DNA of 64,000 bases from Tubiluchus corallicola (taxonomy: Eukaryota; Animalia; Priapulida). Both the position numbers and the translations under genes were made by a program. The notes beneath the pieces were generated by a model. The model was not told the origin of the DNA. It ran no database searches and saw only the letters and a program-made list of their open reading frames with translations. The stretch covers positions 1 to 64,000 of the forward strand of contig JAQGDQ010000623.1 of NCBI GenBank assembly GCA_030141605.1, written 5' to 3'. Shown piece by piece: positions 52,136-64,000 of the stretch; positions within the stretch are counted from its first letter, which is position 1, and every line of letters begins with the position of its first letter.

Positions 52136-53513
52136 TGCCCTTGTAGTTTCGCTCTCATTTTACTATCTCCCCAGTAACTCTCACTTCTCTCTACACAACA
52201 GTCAGTGTTAGCCTCATGCGCAAAATACTCTGTTTGCAGACCAATGTAGTCCATTAGCGCATTTATTTTTATCCTGGGGTCTGTTTACCTTCATTTCTCG
52301 CTCTTGCTAAAACCGCTTGACGAGCGGCCCAGTTTGCCAACAAGCCTGCATAATAAGCAAGAACGTTTTTTCGTCAATATCAGCAAGTTTAACCCTTTGG
52401 TTTTGCCACCCGGGCCGGTTTGATCCAACTGTGTTACCTGAAGAGAGAGAGAAAGAGATAGAAAGAGAAAGGAATAGACAATTAGGTCTCTAGGGACTCA
52501 GAAGATGATTAGGAGTCAGATTTTGCACCTGGCTCAGTAGTGTTTTGATTCTTAGAGAGAATACAGAAGCTTGTTCCTGTAGGTTACATTCAGTACAGCA
52601 TGCATGGCATAGAGAGGAAAAGAGAGAGAGGGGGAGAGTGAGTGAGAGAGAGAGTGGGAGAAAGTGTGAAAGAAAAAGGGAGGGGAGAGGGAGAGAGAGA
52701 GATTGAGAGAGAGAGGGAGAGTAGGGAGAGGATGCATAAAGGATATAATCAATTGAGAGGAAGTCATTCTCATTAGGCATTGCATTTACGAATAATACCA
52801 GACCATTGTGTTTCATCGGTTACGCGCCGCGAAGCAGGCGTCTGTTTTGCAGCCGTGTCTTGTTGTACAGTACATAAAGTTTTGTCCAGCCCATATGTTC
52901 AAAAGGAAAAGAGACAGCAAAAGAGAGAGAAAGAAAGAAAGAGAGAGAGAGTGAAGGAGAGAGAGAGAGAGAGAGAGAAGCGAAAGAGAGAGGGGGAGGC
53001 TTTTGCCAGCATTTCTAATTATAGTGATTCTCAGAACCGCTGGGAACTGTTTGCTGCCGAGGTTTTTCTGGAAAATCTCTGGTCTGTAAAGCTGGAGCAA
53101 ATAATGTGGAATATCCAGGGAAATCAAAGAGCAATAAAAGCAATTTTGTATCATCAAGCAGCTTGGAAGACTCTTGCTAATAATGAATCTCACCACTCTC
53201 CCCGACATCTCAGGGGGCTAAAAATAACCAACTGCTTGTGGTCGCTCTCGTTCTCTCTTTCTCGCTCTCTCCCTCTTCATCTCTGTTTCTCATTCCCTCC
53301 CTCTCTCTCTCCCTCTTCACCTCTGTTTCTCATTCCCCCCTCTCTCTCTCTCTCTCTCTGTCTCTCTTTCTCTCTCTCTCTCTATCTATCTCTCCCTCTC
53401 TGTTTCTCATTCCCCCTTCTCTCTCTCTCTATCTCTCTATCTCTTTCTCTCTGTTCTCTCCCTCTCTGTCTCTCATTCCCCACTCTCTCTCCCTCTCTGT
53501 CTCTCATTCCCCC

Positions 53514-53555
<42 letters not shown>

Positions 53556-53614
53556 ATCTATCTATCTCTCCCTCTCTGTCTCTCATTCCCCACCCTCTCT
53601 CTTTTTCTCACTCC

Positions 53615-53680
<66 letters not shown>

Positions 53681-53735
53681 CTCCCTCTCTGTCTCTCATT
53701 CCCCTCCCTGCCCTCTCTCTTTTTCTCACTCCCTC

Positions 53736-53792
<57 letters not shown>

Positions 53793-54660
53793 GCTCTCTC
53801 CCTCTTGTTTTCTGAATCTCAGAGGAGGTAAGAACAACCTGTACAACAGTGGCAACGCTTGTAGCCAATTCAAACAAATACTGGAAAATATTTGTTGATG
53901 TTCTCTGATTAATGGGTATTTTCTGCAATTGCGCTGGTGAACTGCTCGCCTTTTCATGGTTTATTTTCTCAAGAGTAAAGCAAAAGTGCCTTTCCGTCTC
54001 AAGGCTTCTGGGAATGCTTCTCTTTTGAAGAAGGGTGAGGAGGTGAAGAGGAAGTAAAAGGGAAGCCAGGTTGTTTGTCTCGTTTCCTGGAAAATGTAAA
54101 TTCCCAATTTATTGAAAAAATACAGCAACGCATGAGTGTGATGCCTATGCTAAACTCAACTGTGTACTGGTAACCGTGCTGTGCCTGTTATTTTTCTAGG
54201 TTAACCTTTACGTCCGAACCGAAGTCCATAGTTCGAGTCCCAGCCAGGATATTTTTTTATCTCTCTGAAACTCGTATCTTCTTTAGTAAATGCAAGATTA
54301 AGAAGTTCTTCTTCTTACTGTTTAGTACGTAATTAGTACGTTCAGTAGTAATTAATTTTTGTCCAATTAGCAAATTGATACAGAAAAATGATGCTAAATC
54401 AAATGCTTATATAACCCCGATAGACATTGGAGTTTTTTAGCTCTTTATTATGATTACACAGAGAATTCATAGTTATTATTAAACAAAAGAAACTTATAGA
54501 CTAAATAACTTACCTTTTTCTGGTGAATTTCGAACGCGTAAAATCACCATGTTTCGCGTCTTTGGCGTGAGTGAGCGAGGATGACGTGCGAGGTACAGAA
54601 AGCGTCCTTGGTTACGGATGTTTGTTTACCAATCTTTGGTGACCTCGTGACTGTACTCAT

Positions 54661-56685
54661 AGATAGATAGATAGATATTTTATTTCTGAAAATCACATTT
54701 CCAACACAAAAATTACAAATTACACCCGATGGTTTTATCAGCGGGCAGAGCTCAGGTAATGATTTCCAGATCGTACTAACAATTTTACTCAACATAGCTG
54801 CACAGGTATACAAACAGATATACAAATTTAGTTGTAAGCTCCATAAAGCGAAAAATAAAACTATTTACTAAGCATTTGTACACATGTATTAAACAAATAT
54901 TTTACCTATATGATGATCTCCGTGATGCGGTTATATATCCGCTAACAAAGCTATACTATTTAATTCACAAATCTTGCATACAGTCGTAAATGAAACTACC
55001 TATTGACGTTAATTCTCCATCAAATAAATTTGCAATATTACTATAATTTAATGCGTACAGTGATCTATAAAGTGCATTTTCATGGCACTCGCACAAAAAA
55101 TGCTCTTCTGTCTGAATTTCTCCACAAAGACACAGCCTGCGCTCACGAGGTACATTTGCCCAACGACCTGTTTCTATAGCTAGATTGTGTGATGAGACCC
55201 TTATTCTTGTGATGATTATACGTTTGTGCTCAGGTAACTCTGTCTTCCCATACATTGGATACACGGTCAAATTGGGATTTATTTCCAAATAAGTCTTGCA
55301 TTTTGTACGATTAGAAACTCGGACATGAGTCTTTCGTCTCTCTACATCTATCTGTACGTGATCCGCTGTAGACATAACATTGTCTAAATATTTGTATCCC
55401 TTTGTTCGCGTATCTTTACATAAATTCCATACCAGCATAAACGGGTCATCCGTCATAGCGTGACGCTGGCTTACCAACTTCGAGACGAAGTTTTTTTGTA
55501 CGTTTTTTACCCTCGCTTCAAGTGAGGGCATGCCAAGTTCTAGCAAGCACACATCGTTTGTTGTAGATGTACGAACCCCCAGTAGAGCTTTAATAGTAGT
55601 GCGGTACGGAACCTCGCCAATACGGGCACTGCCACATATCCAGGCTTCGCACCCATAAAGTATGGACGAGAGCAATGCAGATTCTAGCACCTTCCGTTTT
55701 ATCCAAAATGGGAAGTCAATGTTCTTGGATACAAAAGAGACAAATTTCATCACGTGTGGCTGCTTGGATTTAAAATGTTCCCTAACAGCAGCATCGGGCG
55801 ATCCATCTTGAGTAAAGACAACCCCCAAATAAGTGTAGTCATTGCAATTCAGCACACACACATTGTCAACTACAAGTTCCACTCTGTCCGCTAGGGAACC
55901 GTTCACCACCATAAATTTTGTCTTCTCTACATTTATGACCATTCCTGATTCTTCACAAAATCCTAAAAGCAAAGAAAGTTTCTTTATAGCCTCATTTCTA
56001 GACGTGGCAAGTAGGACAGTATCATCCATAAGCAGTAAACAATGAACCCACCCAAGAAAGTCATCTATTCCACACGCGTGTTTAATTCGCCTCACAAACG
56101 GATTTAGGTACAAGGTAAAAAGAAAACACGATGTCGGGCTTCCCTGACGAAGACCAATACTTGCTATAATTGTAGCCGTTCCTAAAATCAACTGCGTATC
56201 TGAATATAAGGTACAAATAGCCGCAACCATGGCATATCCACATCCTAAAGCTGCCAAGGTAGTAATAATAGCACCACGAGGTACTCTGTCATACGCTTTG
56301 CTAAAGTCGACGTAGATTATGAAAAGCTTTTTCTTTTGGCACAGTGCGTAATCCATAAGTAACCGAAGGGTGAGTATGTGTTCCAAACACCCCCTCCCAC
56401 GCTGGGCACCTGCTTGTTCCCGATCAGGGCAAAACCACTTTTGAAGGCGTTGACAAAGCATGGCATCGTACAATTTGGCGAAGGTATCCATTATCGATAT
56501 ACCGCGATAATTGTCGCAGGACTGACGACGTCCTTTCTTGAATATCACTATTAGCCGTGAAAAAGCCCAACTGGTGGGCACAATGGCACACCGAAACATT
56601 ATCGTAAATATTGCCACTAAAAAGGCTAGCCACGCTTGGGGTAATACCTTGAGCACACCGGGTGGAACACCCGACGGCCCACCAC
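54661..56685 (-). mobile_element. 5'-truncated non-LTR retrotransposon (LINE) with RT, C-terminal CCHC region, 3' UTR and (TATC)n tail; clade unresolved
   Basis: Minus strand begins at a GPSGVPPG (GPDG-like) motif. It ends with AATAAA followed by (TATC)n at ~54661-54685. No endonuclease domain is present and no TSD was found. Confidence 0.93.
54965..56656 (-). CDS. LINE reverse transcriptase ORF (N-terminally truncated)
   Basis: IFKKG..NYRGIS, QAG, YVDFSKAYDRV, GLRQGSPTSCFLF, LLMDD, INVEKTKFM, YTYLG, HNLAIETGRW and C-x1-C-x7-H-x4-C. No stop in 563 codons. Confidence 0.93.
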   Translation of the reverse strand: MLKVLPQAWLAFLVAIFTIMFRCAIVPTSWAFSRLIVIFKKGRRQSCDNYRGISIMDTFAKLYDAMLCQRLQKWFCPDREQAGAQRGRGCLEHILTLRLLMDYALCQKKKLFIIYVDFSKAYDRVPRGAIITTLAALGCGYAMVAAICTLYSDTQLILGTATIIASIGLRQGSPTSCFLFTLYLNPFVRRIKHACGIDDFLGWVHCLLLMDDTVLLATSRNEAIKKLSLLLGFCEESGMVINVEKTKFMVVNGSLADRVELVVDNVCVLNCNDYTYLGVVFTQDGSPDAAVREHFKSKQPHVMKFVSFVSKNIDFPFWIKRKVLESALLSSILYGCEAWICGSARIGEVPYRTTIKALLGVRTSTTNDVCLLELGMPSLEARVKNVQKNFVSKLVSQRHAMTDDPFMLVWNLCKDTRTKGYKYLDNVMSTADHVQIDVERRKTHVRVSNRTKCKTYLEINPNLTVYPMYGKTELPEHKRIIITRIRVSSHNLAIETGRWANVPRERRLCLCGEIQTEEHFLCECHENALYRSLYALNYSNIANLFDGELTSIGSFIYDCMQDL

Positions 56686-57350
56686 TGCGGTCCGGAAGTC
56701 TCTAGTCATATTAATGTCTTTATACATAATAATTGGCCCTACTTTTTCCCAAGTTTTGACTGGTGGAAGAATACTTGTTTGAGTGAAACTTTTTTTGGAC
56801 CGGTTTCTGAGGCAGGTGTGGCTTTAACTCTAGGAAAAACGGTTGTGTTACTGATTCTATCAAAACATATGGAATTAAAATTTTAGAACTTTAGTTTTGA
56901 GTTAAGGTGTATTGTGATTTAGTTTTAAACTAGTATACTGAAATTCCGTGAAAAAAGGAAATTCACGACAATACAAGAGAAAAGTGAGAAGCTACCAGGC
57001 CACATACGTGGCTCTCTGTTAGCAAGTTACGATCAAATTTACAATGTCGCAACGACTTTTCATTCCCTAACAATCATGTAAAATCTTTAACATTAGAGGT
57101 ATTAATTGTGTCATAAGTTAAAGAATTTCAAATATCTACGATTCTGTTACAAAAAGAATATTCAGTCTGCAGTAGTTTTTATATAATTTAAAGTCATGTC
57201 TCCTAATCTCAAATTTGGGTGAGTACGCAAAAAATCATGAAACAGTAATCCTATACGATTATTACAAATTTTGTAAACCATTTTCAGGTCAAAAATTAAC
57301 CTTTTTATTTCTAGTGGCTGTAACTTAAGAATTTGCAGTCTATGAAAGTA

Positions 57351-57853
57351 CAGTCATACCTCCGTTGTCGAATGTCTCAGTACTCGTTCAAATCGGTTTT
57401 CGACCAGAAAATTCGAGCTGAAATTGTCGCCGCTCTCGACCAGAATTTCGGTACTCGACCAACCGCCAAACACGTGATGAACACATGTGCGGCGAGCCGA
57501 GTAGAGCCGAGCGTAACCGACCGCGCCCGAGAGTAGTCACGCACAAGATTTGAATTGCCTAACATCGCTAAGTGCTTTCTACGCTTATTTTTCTTCGCTT
57601 TTTCCGTGCAGAAACAATTATATTACTCTTTCAAACTAATTCTATTATGTTTTTCTTATCAATTATACCATATCTACTGTTTGAATAAGCATTTTTGCAT
57701 TATCATATTTCGTTTTAGTAATACTTTACAGTTCATTTGGTGCTTGAGAACGGATTATTTGCTTTTACATTATTTCTTATGAGAATAAATGATTCGGTAC
57801 TCAACCAAATCGGTTTTCAAACACTTTTTAGGTCGAAAACAGAGGTGCTACTC
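57351..57853. mobile_element. Tigger/pogo-like MITE, TA TSD, decayed
   Basis: ta|CAGTCATACCTC ... GAGGTGCTACTC|ta, with subterminal TCGGTACTC/TCGGTTTTC motifs at both ends. Confidence 0.7.
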
Positions 57854-60534
57854 TAATTTATATAGTTTATATTACATCTTCTACACAAACGTCTAGTGAA
57901 ATATCTTTGAACATTTTCTATACAGTCAATCAAAGTTACAAGATCAGGATTCCAGACTGGTGTACAGTATTCTAATAAAGGTCTTATGTGCTAAAAGTAA
58001 AGCTTCTACTCCTAAAGATAGATTTGGTTGAAGCTTTGGATATCTTTATTTATCCTAGCTATCCAGTTGGTTTTTAGTTTGCCAGGTGGTTTTTTGCAAG
58101 GTTTTTAGGCTTTATTTAAGGCGATTCTTACTGGTGCTTCATTTAAAATGGCTGATAAATGCATTAAATAATCGAAGTCTTGTGTTAGGACGTAATTTCT
58201 TACTACTTAATACGCTTTTGTGTTGAAGAAAAGCAAGCATTGCTTACTGTTTTCTATTTTTAATATCATCTTCCGTGTTTAGAAGCATGCCCGTATATTT
58301 ACACATTTTCCATGACTGATTACCATCTCTTGAAACGTGCAAAATTATTCTCCCGCCAAACTGCATTTGCTTTGCAATCAGTAATTTCCGTTAAAGCAAA
58401 ATTGCACAAATTTAATTCCAGCCTCTCGTTCCATAATTTCCAAGCATCTGAAGGGCTGGAATGTCAGAAAACCTGTGTCTAATTGCTCGGATATTTTACA
58501 AATATTGTCACCAGCAATTTCTCATTACCAGACGTGACATGCCAGCGGCCATGTTGGAATATCAAAGGCTTCATGGCTGTGTTGCATTCAACGAAATCAT
58601 CAATCAGCCTATTGTTGACATTACGGCTAATTTGGATTTTGGAGACCAAAAGGTTTTTGTAATTGATCGATCTATTGCAGGTAGAGCTGAAAAGGTATGG
58701 CAACTAAACTGGTGCGCATGCGCGTGGAGACGCGCTTGCCAATATCACTATGGGCTTGCCAGGAATAACACCGATTAGTCAGGAAGCGCAGCAATTACCA
58801 TAGCTAACAAATCAGCGAAAGGGAAGTTATAAAATAAAGAGAGCACAAGTTTCAAGGACATTTGTGACGTTTATAGAGGTCACACTCGCCTTGCGTTTTG
58901 TTCAAAGTTATTTTATTTTCTTTGATAATGTATTATGCTATCCAATTAAATTTCCAGCTAAAACTTCTAAAAAACAGTTTTGACTCCTAACCGTTTTCTT
59001 GTGACATTCAATCTTTGTTTTTTGTAGTTTTGATGATAAATTATCTTCCAGTTGATTTTGAACTCTGGAGTGCCGCAAGGATCTGTGGGCGCCTCATTTT
59101 GTTTGCTCTATATAGAAAGTCCAGAGGCGAATAAGTTCCATGCGCTCTCAGATTTGTTTATTGGGTGCAGTCTTATGTTGTTGCTAGTGGCTAGCAGGTT
59201 TATTGGATTCATTCCCAATTTTCTTTGATCAGTTTGTCCTTGATTATGTCTTTCAGTATGTTTTGCACTTCAGAGTGTTGCAAAAATCGATAATAATTGG
59301 CTGTACTCTGTTTGCTTTATTTGCTTGTTGAAGAGTTTGTTGTGCTTTGATTGGTGGTTGTGATTTGATTGGTGACTGTACCGTTCAAAAAACCACCTAG
59401 CAAACTAAAAACAACTGAGATCACTAAGATAAATAAATATGTTCAACCATCTCAACCGAATGCCCTCTTTAGAAGCAGAAGAACTTGCGCTACTAGTAGC
59501 AGATAGGTGTGGGTGGAATACTCTAATCAATGGTAATGCCTGAATGTCTTCAACAGACGAAATGAGACTTAGATGATGATCTAATGTCATTTGTAATATC
59601 AATTAACACAGGATTAAACGACGATTGTTTGAATTACGGCAATTTCACATACAATACATAGCTTTAGCAGCATCAAAAGTATGTCTCCGTAGCTGTTCAC
59701 AATTTGAAGAACCGGCAATAACTTCTCTAAACACACATGAAACCGTTCGATCTACTGCCAGAGGTAAAATTGCTTCCTGTCTAATGGAGACTGAGTGCCA
59801 GCAGTAATTTTACCTGTCCTGTCAGGACAGTGTAGTCCAAGGAAAGGACACACCATGTGATATATGCGACCATGGGATGCAGGCGAAATTGAAACACATG
59901 TAGTGACAACCACACAGATGTCCACTCTAAACATCAAGGATGTTTTATTTAAGGGTGTTTTATTACCCATCAACAAGTGCTCATATGCTGCTTTCAGTAT
60001 TGTACTTTAACAGATATATTACTTTCACTTGACAAATTGTCTGCTGAAACCAATACATTTCCCGCTTAGACTTTATCAAAGAATTAGCGTTGCCCGGCGG
60101 CAATAAACTTCAACGTTTAATTTTTGCTCACTAGACAATAGACATCACATAATTGCATGCAATTGTTGAAGATTTTGGGTATTGCCTATTAATGGATTTG
60201 TCATTCTTGCTTTGCTCAAAAGTGGTGCTGACAAGCCACTGGCATAGCAGTGTCTAGTTTGTTTGCCGGATTACTGCTGTGTTTACCTGTCTGAAGGGCA
60301 GTTTCTTTTATTTTAAAATTCTATGTCTACAATGGACATGATGGATATATGATATATCTTACTTAATGACGCTGATTGATTTTTGCACGTAAAAATCGTG
60401 ATGATGATGACGATGGCGATGATGACTACGACGATTCCCGTTTTTTTGCCATTGTTACTAGCATCATGAGATTAACAATAATTCCTCAGTGCATTGTTGC
60501 TAGCATCATGACAAACATTTTTGTCATCTTAAAA

Positions 60535-61385
60535 CCGTAGTATTCTTCTGTACGATGGTGCCATTCTTTCTGTCATATAACACTGTAATATCCATTGGTA
60601 CGATGGTGCCATTGTTTGTGTCGTCATGGCACTGTAATATTCTTTGGTACGATGGTGCCATCGTTTCTGCCATCATGATATTGTAATATCCATCGGTACA
60701 ATGGTGCCATTGTTTCTGTCATCATGATATTGTAATATCCATCGGTACAATGGTGCCATTGTTTCTGTCATCATGATATTGTAATATCCATCGGTACAAT
60801 GGTGCCATTGTTTCTGTCATCATGATATTGTAATATCCATCAGTACGATGGTGCCATCGTTTCTGTCATCATGATATTGTAATATCCATCGGTACAATGG
60901 TGCCATCGTTTCTGTCATCATGATATTGTAATATCCATCGGTACAATGGTGCCATCGTTTCTGCCATCATGATATTGTAATATCCATCAGTACGATGGTG
61001 CCATTGTTTCTGTCATCATGACACTGTAATTTTCTTTGTGCCATTGTTTCTGTCTTCATGATGCTGTAATATTATTTGGTATGATGGTGGCATGGTTTGT
61101 CGTCATGGCACTGTGATGTTCTTTCTTTGCCATTGTTACGAACGTCATGCCAATATACTACTTACACGGTACTAATACTTCTGTCACCATGATGTCGTAA
61201 TATTTAAATGGTGCAAGTGAGTGTGTCATCATGACTGTAATATCTATTTCGTGCCATAGTTCCCAGTCGCCATAATACTGTAACTGTTATTCGCTGCCAT
61301 TGTTAGTAACAATGATTTTTAGTAACAACGTGTTTTATTACAAACATTGTGTCACTATGACAGGCATTCTGTGTCATCATTTCAG
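60535..61385. repeat. 49-bp minisatellite, homogeneous at ~60630-61020, decaying up to the pore-exon acceptor
   Basis: TGTAATATCCATCGGTACAATGGTGCCATTGTTTCTGTCATCATGATAT at 60682, 60731 and onward. Confidence 0.9.
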
Positions 61386-61521
61386 GTATCACGATGACGA
61401 CCACGCTAATCTAATGAACTCAATGTGGTTGATTGCCATCACATTCCTGTCTATAGGTTACGGTGATATTGTTCCTAACACGATATGTGGTCGAGGTATC
61501 GCCGTGTGTACTGGGATTATG
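61386..61521 (+). CDS. SK: SK/KCNN channel pore exon (turret, pore helix, GYGD filter, start of S6), 136 nt, phase 2-0
   Basis: tttcag|G TAT CAC...ATT ATG|gtaagt. The first G completes the AG|G Arg codon from the previous exon. [45 protein letters not shown]. Confidence 0.98.
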
Positions 61522-61568
61522 GTAAGTAGTGCGTATCAGTAAGGCCTCGATGTTTATCACTCTTAGTA

Positions 61569-61870
61569 AGCATTTTCGCATTTTTGTTGTGCGCATGCGC
61601 AGTTACTGTAGGTCAAAGGTTAAGTGTAGCACAGCAACGCGCCTTAATTGCAACCGTCACGTGACGTGCGTATAAAGCAAAGCCGTCTGCCGCCTCAGTT
61701 CAGTGACTTCATTGTTTTATATGGAATTTACTTAATTATACATTAGTCTGTGTGTAGAGTGATTTACTAGCAGGATCTACACTAGCAGGATATACGTTGT
61801 CTGGCGCATAAAAAATTTAACCTTTGACCTTTTTATTATCATCATCAATCACTGGGATTGTGAAATATCT
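61569..61870 (-). mobile_element. Family A MITE with internal deletion, 47 nt downstream of the pore-exon donor
   Basis: ta|AGCATTTTCGCA...GTAGGTCAAAGGTTAAGTGTA...TGTGAAATATCT|ta. Confidence 0.85.
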
Positions 61871-62444
61871 TATTAGTGCACAGCTGATTTGACAAAAAAA
61901 ACGTATTTTTAATCTTGACAGAACACAGTAATTTATATTTTTGCCTGGTGAAGAATGCGCTACGAATGCTGTGATTATTTTTTCAAACTTTACACAATGT
62001 TATCTAAACATTGTGTAGGGGCTCTGCCCCAGACCCCCTAGCTGCTTGTGCGTACAATTCTTTAACCTCTGGTGGCGCCCTCATCGCCAACTAAGTTTAA
62101 ATTACTGTATCTTGTTTTTGGTGAATCGCTGGTGCATACTGGGAAGGTGAGTTAGTGGCATTTTAGCAGTTGGCATGAACATTTTAAATTATTAAGAATT
62201 TTGTTTTCTAATTACGTAAGTCTTTCGAACAGGTAACCGTAATGCTGAGTAATACAACTTTGTGTGGAAAGTTTTCTTAGGAAATACGTTAAAATTGCCC
62301 TTTCTTCCCTTTTAATCATTGAAAATTTGCTAATTGCTCATTTAATAGGCTTTTACGCAGAGGTCCCGTTTCTCATTACTGGTAACTCTGCTCTGACTTC
62401 ATTGTGATAACAGAGAATCGATTAAACAGAGTTGATTAAAGAGA

Positions 62445-62831
62445 GTTAGTGGTTTCACACAATAGCCTCATGCATGGCTTCATTGTTAGTAATTTCGTGC
62501 AGTGTATTCATACGTGGCGTAGTGTTAGAGGTTTCACACGTTTGCATACGTGGTTTCAATGTTAGATGTTTCATACACTGTCTTTATACATGGCTTCAGT
62601 ATTTGTGGTTTCACACAATATCTTCACGTATTGCTGTTAGAGACTGAACAATGCTCAATTATTTATTTGCTTGTCAATCTGAATTCATTTATTCTAAAAA
62701 GTAAATGAAATTACAAATTATTTATTATTCTTGTTGTTGTTGTTGTTTTCGTGTTGTTGTTATTATTATTAATAATATGATGCTGCCACTGCTGCCACTG
62801 CTGCTGCTGTTGCTGCCGCTGCTGCTGCTGT

Positions 62832-62880
<49 letters not shown>

Positions 62881-62917
62881 ACTACTACTACTGCTACTAC
62901 TACTACTACTACTACTG

Positions 62918-62993
<76 letters not shown>

Positions 62994-63377
62994 CACTACC
63001 ACTACCACTACCACTGCCACTGCCACAGCAACTGCCACTGCCGCTGCTACTACTATTGCTACTACTACTACTACTGCTGCTGCTGCCACTGCCGTCACTG
63101 CCGCCGCTGCTGCTGCTTATTATTATCATTATCGTTATCGTTATCGTTATCGTTATCATTAACAAAGCTCATGGCTTCAATGTTAGTGGTTTCATGCAGT
63201 TTCTTTATACATGTCTTCAGTGTTTATGTCTTCATCCAATGCCTTCATACTGTTCATGGTTTCAATGTTATTTTTTTCGTACAGTGCTTTTCGTACAGTT
63301 TCATATAGTAAATATACACATTGTTTCACAGTGAGTGGTTTCATACAATGGCTTCACGTGTGGCTTCATTGTTACAG
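62445..63377. repeat. Degenerate ~40-bp minisatellite split by a trinucleotide block (62720-63160), ending at the S6-exon acceptor
   Basis: Unit GTTAGTGGTTTCAYACAAT..CATGGCTTCAWT at 62445-62640 and 63170-63377. Confidence 0.75.
62720..63160. repeat. Compound trinucleotide tract (TTA, TTG, CTG, CTA, CCACTA, TTATCG)
   Basis: Direct reading. Confidence 0.96.
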
Positions 63378-63488
63378 GGTGCAGGCTGTACAGCGCTGGT
63401 CGTTGCAGTCCTGGCCAGGAAACTGGAGCTGACGAGGGCTGAAAAACACGTTCATAACTTCATGATGGACACTCAGTTAACTAAACGG
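63378..63488 (+). CDS. SK: SK/KCNN channel exon (S6 end and start of calmodulin-binding domain), 111 nt, phase 0-0
   Basis: gttacag|GGT...CGG|gtaggt. [37 protein letters not shown], a near-invariant SK motif. Confidence 0.98.
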
Positions 63489-64000
63489 GTAGGTCAACAA
63501 TAAAAACATCTCCATTACAAGCTAATGTTTTAGTATTCATTGTGGTATAATATGGCGCAATATGAGTAACACATCACCGCAGAGGTGATAACAATAATGG
63601 TATCAGAAATCTGTTTCACTTAGGATACGATTGCAGTGCTTCTGGTACGTGTGTAAACATATCTCTACCATATTTTGGTCACATTCGTACTTAGATCGTG
63701 TTATGGCCTGGCATCAGGTTGCTACTGTACACAGGCTGTGTTATTATAACTATTGTTAACTCACATAGACTTGTCAAATCTTGCTTTTTTGTAAAATGCA
63801 TTGAAATATTACACAATTAATTTCTAAAATTTATTCAGCTCTTAATTTACTGACCCAGTATTTACATTTTAATCTTATAATTTTTATTTCTTTGTATTTT
63901 ATTTCGTTTTAGTATCTGTATTTGTATTTTATATGATCTTAGTTACCGGAATAAAAATTTGAATTGCATTTGAAATGAATTGAATTTAATACTGGTTGTT

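Noticed and set aside
52780-53898. 372-aa ORF as a gene
   Set aside because: It is a chance read-through of module Y and GA/CT tracts, with no recognisable domain.
54195-54260. GTTCGAGTCCC plus T-run as a tRNA gene (also GGGTTCGACTC at ~14171)
   Set aside because: Only a B-box-like motif is present, without an A box or cloverleaf.
56686-56827. LINE nested inside a TTAA-ended DNA element
   Set aside because: The right flank ends in GTGTGGCTTTAA, but no matching left end or LINE TSD was found, so nesting is unsupported.
45133-61385. Alternative or duplicated pore exon, or a cassette exon, in this intron
   Set aside because: No second GYG-containing or SK-like segment was seen. Micro-exons cannot be excluded without RNA data.

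Overview
Eukaryotic (animal, most likely protostome invertebrate) genomic DNA, AT-rich and very microsatellite-rich. The window lies inside one + strand host gene, a small-conductance Ca2+-activated K+ channel (SK/KCNN). Four coding exons are visible with GT-AG boundaries and compatible phases: 5698-5793 (S2), 44708-45132 (S3-S5), 61386-61521 (pore, GYGD) and 63378-63488 (S6 and start of the calmodulin-binding region). The gene's 5' and 3' ends are outside the window. The rest is intron (about 38.9 kb, 16.3 kb and 1.9 kb between these exons). The introns hold 5'-truncated LINEs (one with an intact ~570-codon RT ORF and an LMDD motif), an internally deleted RTE element with a 13-bp TSD, at least three dispersed MITE-like families, Tc1/pogo-type MITEs, a tRNA-derived SINE, several long foldbacks, minisatellites and many microsatellites. 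Nearly all ORFs in the supplied track are microsatellite artefacts. I see no prokaryotic or CRISPR-type system and cannot claim a new multi-gene system. The most unusual observations are a spacerless tandem of tRNA-Gly-like units, a satellite growing inside a MITE, splice acceptors embedded in minisatellites, recurrent complementary microsatellite pairs, nested foldbacks, and a vertebrate-like Phe in the SK S3-S4 loop. All alignments were done by eye, so repeat boundaries are approximate.
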